Shown piece by piece: positions 58,311-64,000 of a stretch of 64,000 bases of DNA. The notes under the pieces are model-generated. The model was not told the DNA's origin, did not search any database, and worked only from the letters and a program-made list of their open reading frames with translations. The DNA comes from Eledone cirrhosa. Its lineage: Eukaryota. The stretch spans positions 351,292,001-351,356,000 of the forward strand of contig OZ024742.1 of NCBI GenBank assembly GCA_964016885.1, in the 5' to 3' direction. Position 1 is the stretch's first letter, and every line of letters begins with the position of its first letter. A program made the position numbers and the translations under genes.

Positions 58311-58503
58311 CGGCGGTGGATTGGCAGTATCAGTAGAGGGTCGGACATCATGATTTGATGTATAGAATTACGGCCCTTGCCATTCTGAGTTCAAATCACG
58401 CCGAGGTTAACTTTGCCTTTCATCCTGACTGGATCGATAAAATAAAGTACCAGTAATGCACTGAGGAATTGCTGGCCTTGTGCCAAATGTAGAAACAATT
58501 ATT
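58311..58503 (+). mobile_element. tRNA/Nin-type SINE
   Basis: ggcggtggattggcagtatc...gagttcaaatc...agaaacaattatt. Confidence 0.92.
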
Positions 58504-59379
58504 ATGAGCGGGCTAATATTTCAACATTATTTCACATTTGATAAATTGTGTTTCGAAACATATTATTTATCTATTGGTTTACATTATTTTATATTCTTCC
58601 ATAATAACCTCCACACACAGAAATATGTCATTTCAAATTTGTACAAATTTTGCACAGATGTCGGTGATAATATCATAGTAACTTACTTCTTTTAGCAGGA
58701 TACAAACCATACACTATAAAGTCTCCTATTCAAAATATTTAATGACACAAAGCACATCACACCCTTACCAGTTATCCCAAATACCCAACCTTATTTTGCT
58801 TTTAGTTTGAGGACATATTCCATCATCTAATCCCTCCCCACATACCATGCGCCCATTTACCACAAAAGTCAACATTTCTCTTCATTTAATCGGCCATACT
58901 TTTGGGATACTACTCGCGAAGAAACCGAATAATTTGTAATCCTCAGTATTACATACCACATATATATACTTCAACGTCTGAAGCCATTATAAACAGGGGC
59001 ATGTTCGACGATATATATGTTGAAATTAAATGCATTTTGATACTACACTCAGTATACATATATATAAACATATGTGTATACACCATCATTACCCAGTATA
59101 TATGCCTGTATGTATACATATAATCTATTGGATGGGAATATGAATATCTATGGTTGAATTTGAATAATAGCATCAAGTATTTTCGATATTAAATTTGTGA
59201 CATGGGATCCTGTAAAGATTTTTACGGACAATTTAACCTCGCAACGAATATGTAATATTTACTTAGGATTTGGAAACACTGTAAGCAAACATTTATAGAA
59301 TATTCTCCAAATGTATACACTTTACTCTTTTGAGAAGATTCGCAATTTGCTGATTTACTTCCATTTAGTATATATTTTA

Positions 59380-59521
59380 GATATATATTGTATATCCACA
59401 CACATACACACACACATACACACATACACACATCCACACACACTCACATACACATACATATATAAATATGCATGCACATATACACATATATTTATTTGTG
59501 TGTATTTCAAACACAATAATG

Positions 59522-59578
<57 letters not shown>

Positions 59579-59775
59579 GGTGTTAAAGTTTGCTTGATAT
59601 ATATTGTATACCCACACACATACACACACACATACACACATCCACACACACTCACATACACATATATATATAAATATGCATGCACATATACACATATATA
59701 TTTATTTGTGTGTATTTCAAACACAATAATGATATATATATATATATATATATGAGGGTGTTAAAGTTTGCTTGA
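59380..59775. repeat. Tandem duplication of a ~180-215-bp microsatellite-rich unit
   Basis: ...atttcaaacacaataatga(TA)n gagggtgttaaagtttgcttga occurs twice. Confidence 0.9.
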
Positions 59776-59932
59776 AGCATTGTGGAATGTGTAAAATATG
59801 TAGTTTAGAAAGCCACCTTTGTTTTGTTTTCATTTTCATTTTCACTTTTCTCCTATTTCTCACTCACTTCTTACCTCGAGATTTCCCATCTGCATTGTTG
59901 TGGCTTTCTAAACTACATATATATATATATAT

Positions 59933-60068
<136 letters not shown>

Positions 60069-63000
60069 TAAATAGTAGAATAGTAGAAACACTGGAAACA
60101 ACCATAATTTGTATAGCTACATTTAGTTTTAAATATTCTGGAAGCTCACTCAAAGCAACTTAGCGTCAAGCAATCACTGAAATTGTTTTGAGAATTGTAT
60201 CAGGTTAGGCTTTCCTTTTTTATTAACCTTTTGATAACACAGAGTTTTGGAATTGGAAATCAATTATGGAAAAGCGGTTTGGAAATCAAATATTTAGGAA
60301 TTGCTTTCCTCGCATATTGTTGTATTGGATAAAATAAAAATAACACGTACGATACTAATATTAAAATGGCGAACAATATATTTTAGCCATTTATTAGTTT
60401 CCTGCTACAACTCTCACTAGTAGTGCTTTGGGATAATTGAAATATGTCGGTTAAATGTTCATGCCTCGTAGGCAATGATTTTATCATCTCGAATGGAACG
60501 ATGTCAGGTAAGTCGATAGAATTTGTTGATCGGATCTAGACAAATCTCTAGAGTTTATGGTAAAATATTAGTCGAGCATGTAGACAATCTCAATGGAAAC
60601 GTATCTCACTTATACTAAACATATTAGTGTCAAAGGAGAAGTGATATTCTGTAAATTTAGACAAGTTTGTCAAATTGTATAAGCAAATCATTTCTATCAT
60701 GTTACGACGAAATAATAATGTTTGTTTAAGAATTGTAATGTTTAAGTTCGTTTCGCAAATTATATATTTACACAGTACATTTAGCTTCTCATGATCTATT
60801 TAATATGATATCACATTATGTGAATCCTCTGATGAATCTCATTACATTGTCCTAACTATAATTATTATCAGGTTTGCGATTTATTACATGTTATTTATGC
60901 TTGTTCATATGTAACGTTATTTGTTGTTTATATATGTCGGGTTGTTGCATTATATTCTCAGTGTTGGTTACAGGTCTGTATAAAGAGTATCCAGTATATG
61001 GATTCTGTGTATGGTAGTATGTTAAACGATAGAGATTTATCTTTATTCTAATAGGCTCCATAACTCCCTACATTCCCCCTTGATGTTTTGCTATGTTTCT
61101 AATTTTTCTGACTTGTCAGTGTTCGGCGTATTTGATTCTCATATATACCAATTAGTCAAGCAATGCCCATCAGCTGTATCAAACCGATACATTTTGATAA
61201 ACCATTTATCACATTGTTTATATATGGTAGATCTAGTATATAAAACACGATGAACTAAGCTGCAATGCATTGAGTGCAATAAACATCAATAAACTCAAGA
61301 ATAATGTTATTTAATTGCTACACAGTTATTCGGCCTGGTATTTTGTGCATAAAAACCTCATTTCAAAGGTATCAAAGAACAAGATTATGAGAGAAAATGT
61401 TGTTTATTAAGGATCACATCATAGAGTAGTGATACTATAATGATGTGCTTGTATATTGTTAGAGTTCTATAATAAAGCTACACTTAATAACCAGGTAGAA
61501 ATCCCACTATCTACGTATCGATTCAAATATCTATCTATCTATTTATGTATACATATTTATGACAACCGTATTGCGGGATATTCTATATCGTTCGGGGAAA
61601 ATGCCTGCCTACGCTGCCCGTCAGCGTCCAGCATCGCATTTAATTACGTGGTGTAATACTTAAGCTATCATAGAGGTGTCACTACATGAAAAGCCATCAG
61701 GATTTGTGACTAGCTGCTTCTCTTCGTGTACTTATATTTCCATTTTTCACATTCGTGTATATATAACTACATTTTGAAGGCTTTTGCTTTAGTGAGAACC
61801 TTTCGCCCTTCAATTTGAGATTCTTCATAGAATCTCACATCTAATTTGCACAGAATCTATATTAATACGACATATAGATTAATAACATTCAAACATATTC
61901 TCCAATGCTACTCATTCTTTCGATTGCTTGCTATATTATATTTGCGTACATTTCAGAATTTCAAACAACATGTATGAAACTAAAAATATTGTTTGCGAAT
62001 TAAATTATTTAGCTCATAACTTCCAGCTACAATATTACGGAAAAGCTCAACAAATATCAATTTATTTCTACGTAGATATAATGCATGAGACAAAGCGTTG
62101 TTTTCAAACATACACGGTAATGGGTTAGATGCAATTTATGTGTTTGAACGTATTTATTTTATTATAAAGACTCATGTTATGTAATATTGCATGGATATTG
62201 TCTTCACCAAATTAATCTGATCTATTTACAAATATATCTCCACCTTGGTCATGAAAATCTAAAGATAATCACCAGTGAATACTTGTATTACACGTACATA
62301 TCTAAATTACTGATACATAAGTGTAAAATTATGTCAGCAATATTTTTACGAATTTCAAAATAATGATCGACATATGTTATCACCTAAAAGAGACAGGAAA
62401 TGGAACACAATTTGGTTATTACGAGAGATTTGGAAGCAGTATTTTACATTGAGCTCTATGATTTAAGCGTTTATATGAATAAGCAATTACCATGTCACTT
62501 CATGTGAGAAGGTAATACGACTAAACGCATAGGTTGTCCAGAATCTGTATATATGTAGTATCTAGACTGGGACACGATACATGTTATTGTTCTATGCAAT
62601 TTCGGGTCCAGAAATATAAAGATAAATCTATATTTTCTGTTACTTGAAGCTGCTCTTTGTATTACTTTAGCCAACTGATTCTCTATCATCCAACTTACAC
62701 AAGTTTGTGTCGTTGTAGGAATGTATGCAATACAAATTATATTTATCATTACTTCTGCAGGGAGCTGCTTGTGTTATAGGAATGAAATATTTACGTAAGA
62801 TAACTTAACTCTAAATGTTCCTAGGATAATATGAAATATTTGATTGTAGGTTACAACAACGCGTTGATAGACTAACTATGTAATAAACAGTAACATCGTA
62901 CATTTTAATTGTTATCAAATATATTATATATATCTCATATATATGTATATGTAAACAATAGTTGATTGTAGGTTTTATGTGAATAATAAGTAGTCATAGA

Positions 63001-63570
63001 TTTAATCAATATTTACTGAATGAAAATGAATTTGTATATATATATATATATATACATATAGACATTTTATATATTTCATTTAAATTAACAATGCCGTTTG
63101 ACGTTCAACATTTCCAATAAATTATATCAGCCTCTCATGATGTCATTATTTTATGAATTTCATTTTTCATCTCATTTAATTTATATATTAATTTCCTCTG
63201 TTCATTTCCTATCTTGTATATATTAGTAACTCTATTATTATGTTAGTTTGTTAATGAAGCTTTATAACGTGCAAGAAACCAGAAATTATTTCAGAATTTC
63301 TTATGCAAAAATTTACCGATAATATTTTGATTGTATTTTTATTTTATGTGAAATCTCATTCTAAGTATTTATATACCACTCTCAACCAATGTAACACGTA
63401 CACTGCGGATTTATCTGGCATTATATATGAAGTGATATTATTTTAGACATTTAAATGCCAGCAAGTCGGTACTGAAATACAGAAAATAGATGTAGTGTAT
63501 GCTAGATAGAAAATATAACTCCCTGTACTCAATACATCTGAATCAATTTATCTGACATTATTTTGGAAGT

Positions 63571-63751
63571 GCAGTATCGGTAGAGGGTCGGACGCCATGC
63601 TTTTCAGCATAGAGTTACGGCCCTTTATGGTCTGAGTTCAACTCCTGCCGAGGTTAACTTTGCCTTTCATCCTTACGGGGTCTATAAAATAAAGTACCAA
63701 TAATACACTGAGATATTTGCTGGCCTTGCGCTAAAAGCAGAAACAATTATT
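63571..63751 (+). mobile_element. tRNA/Nin-type SINE inserted in the second unit of a ~140-bp tandem duplication (63410-63836)
   Basis: SINE motifs; ttttagac.tttaaatgccag...tgtactcaataca at ~63441 and ~63750. Confidence 0.9.
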
Positions 63752-64000
63752 TTAGACGTTTAAATGCCAGAAGAAAAGACAGAAAATAGATGTAGAGTAT
63801 GCTAGATAGGATATATAACTTCATGTACTCAATACACTGAAAAGGATGTAATGATTGTGATATGTTAGGTGAGAATATGTGTATGTTGAATAAAAGTACA
63901 AGTTGGCTAATTCTTGTTTAAAAATCCATTCATTTCTCAAACCTAAATCTAAATATTGGATCAAACCTAAATCTAAATGTCGTATTCCATCAGGGTCTAA

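Overview
AT-rich eukaryotic (animal) genomic DNA dominated by (TA)n/(CA)n/(GA)n microsatellites and retroelement debris. The ~190-bp tRNA-headed SINE resembles octopod SINEs, so an octopus-like cephalopod is likely (inference). I cannot confidently identify a host gene; almost all ORFs in the track are microsatellite or antisense artefacts. Recognisable content: two decayed Penelope-like elements (PLEs; RT with YRDD plus C-terminal GIY-YIG, Hydra-clade-like) at ~17.6-19.9 kb and ~21.6-26.3 kb; RTE-clade LINE fragments, two with 5' inversions; a CRE-like fragment; about a dozen SINE copies. The main signal is a dense set of type I hammerhead ribozyme (HHR) motifs: about 20 intact or near-intact ones from at least 10 unrelated sequence families. 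They sit mostly in short non-coding (TA)n-inserted repeats that form tandem and fold-back (minus arm left, plus arm right) structures, which looks like a diverse population of non-autonomous PLE-dependent, retrozyme-like elements. All folds were done by eye and none is tested.
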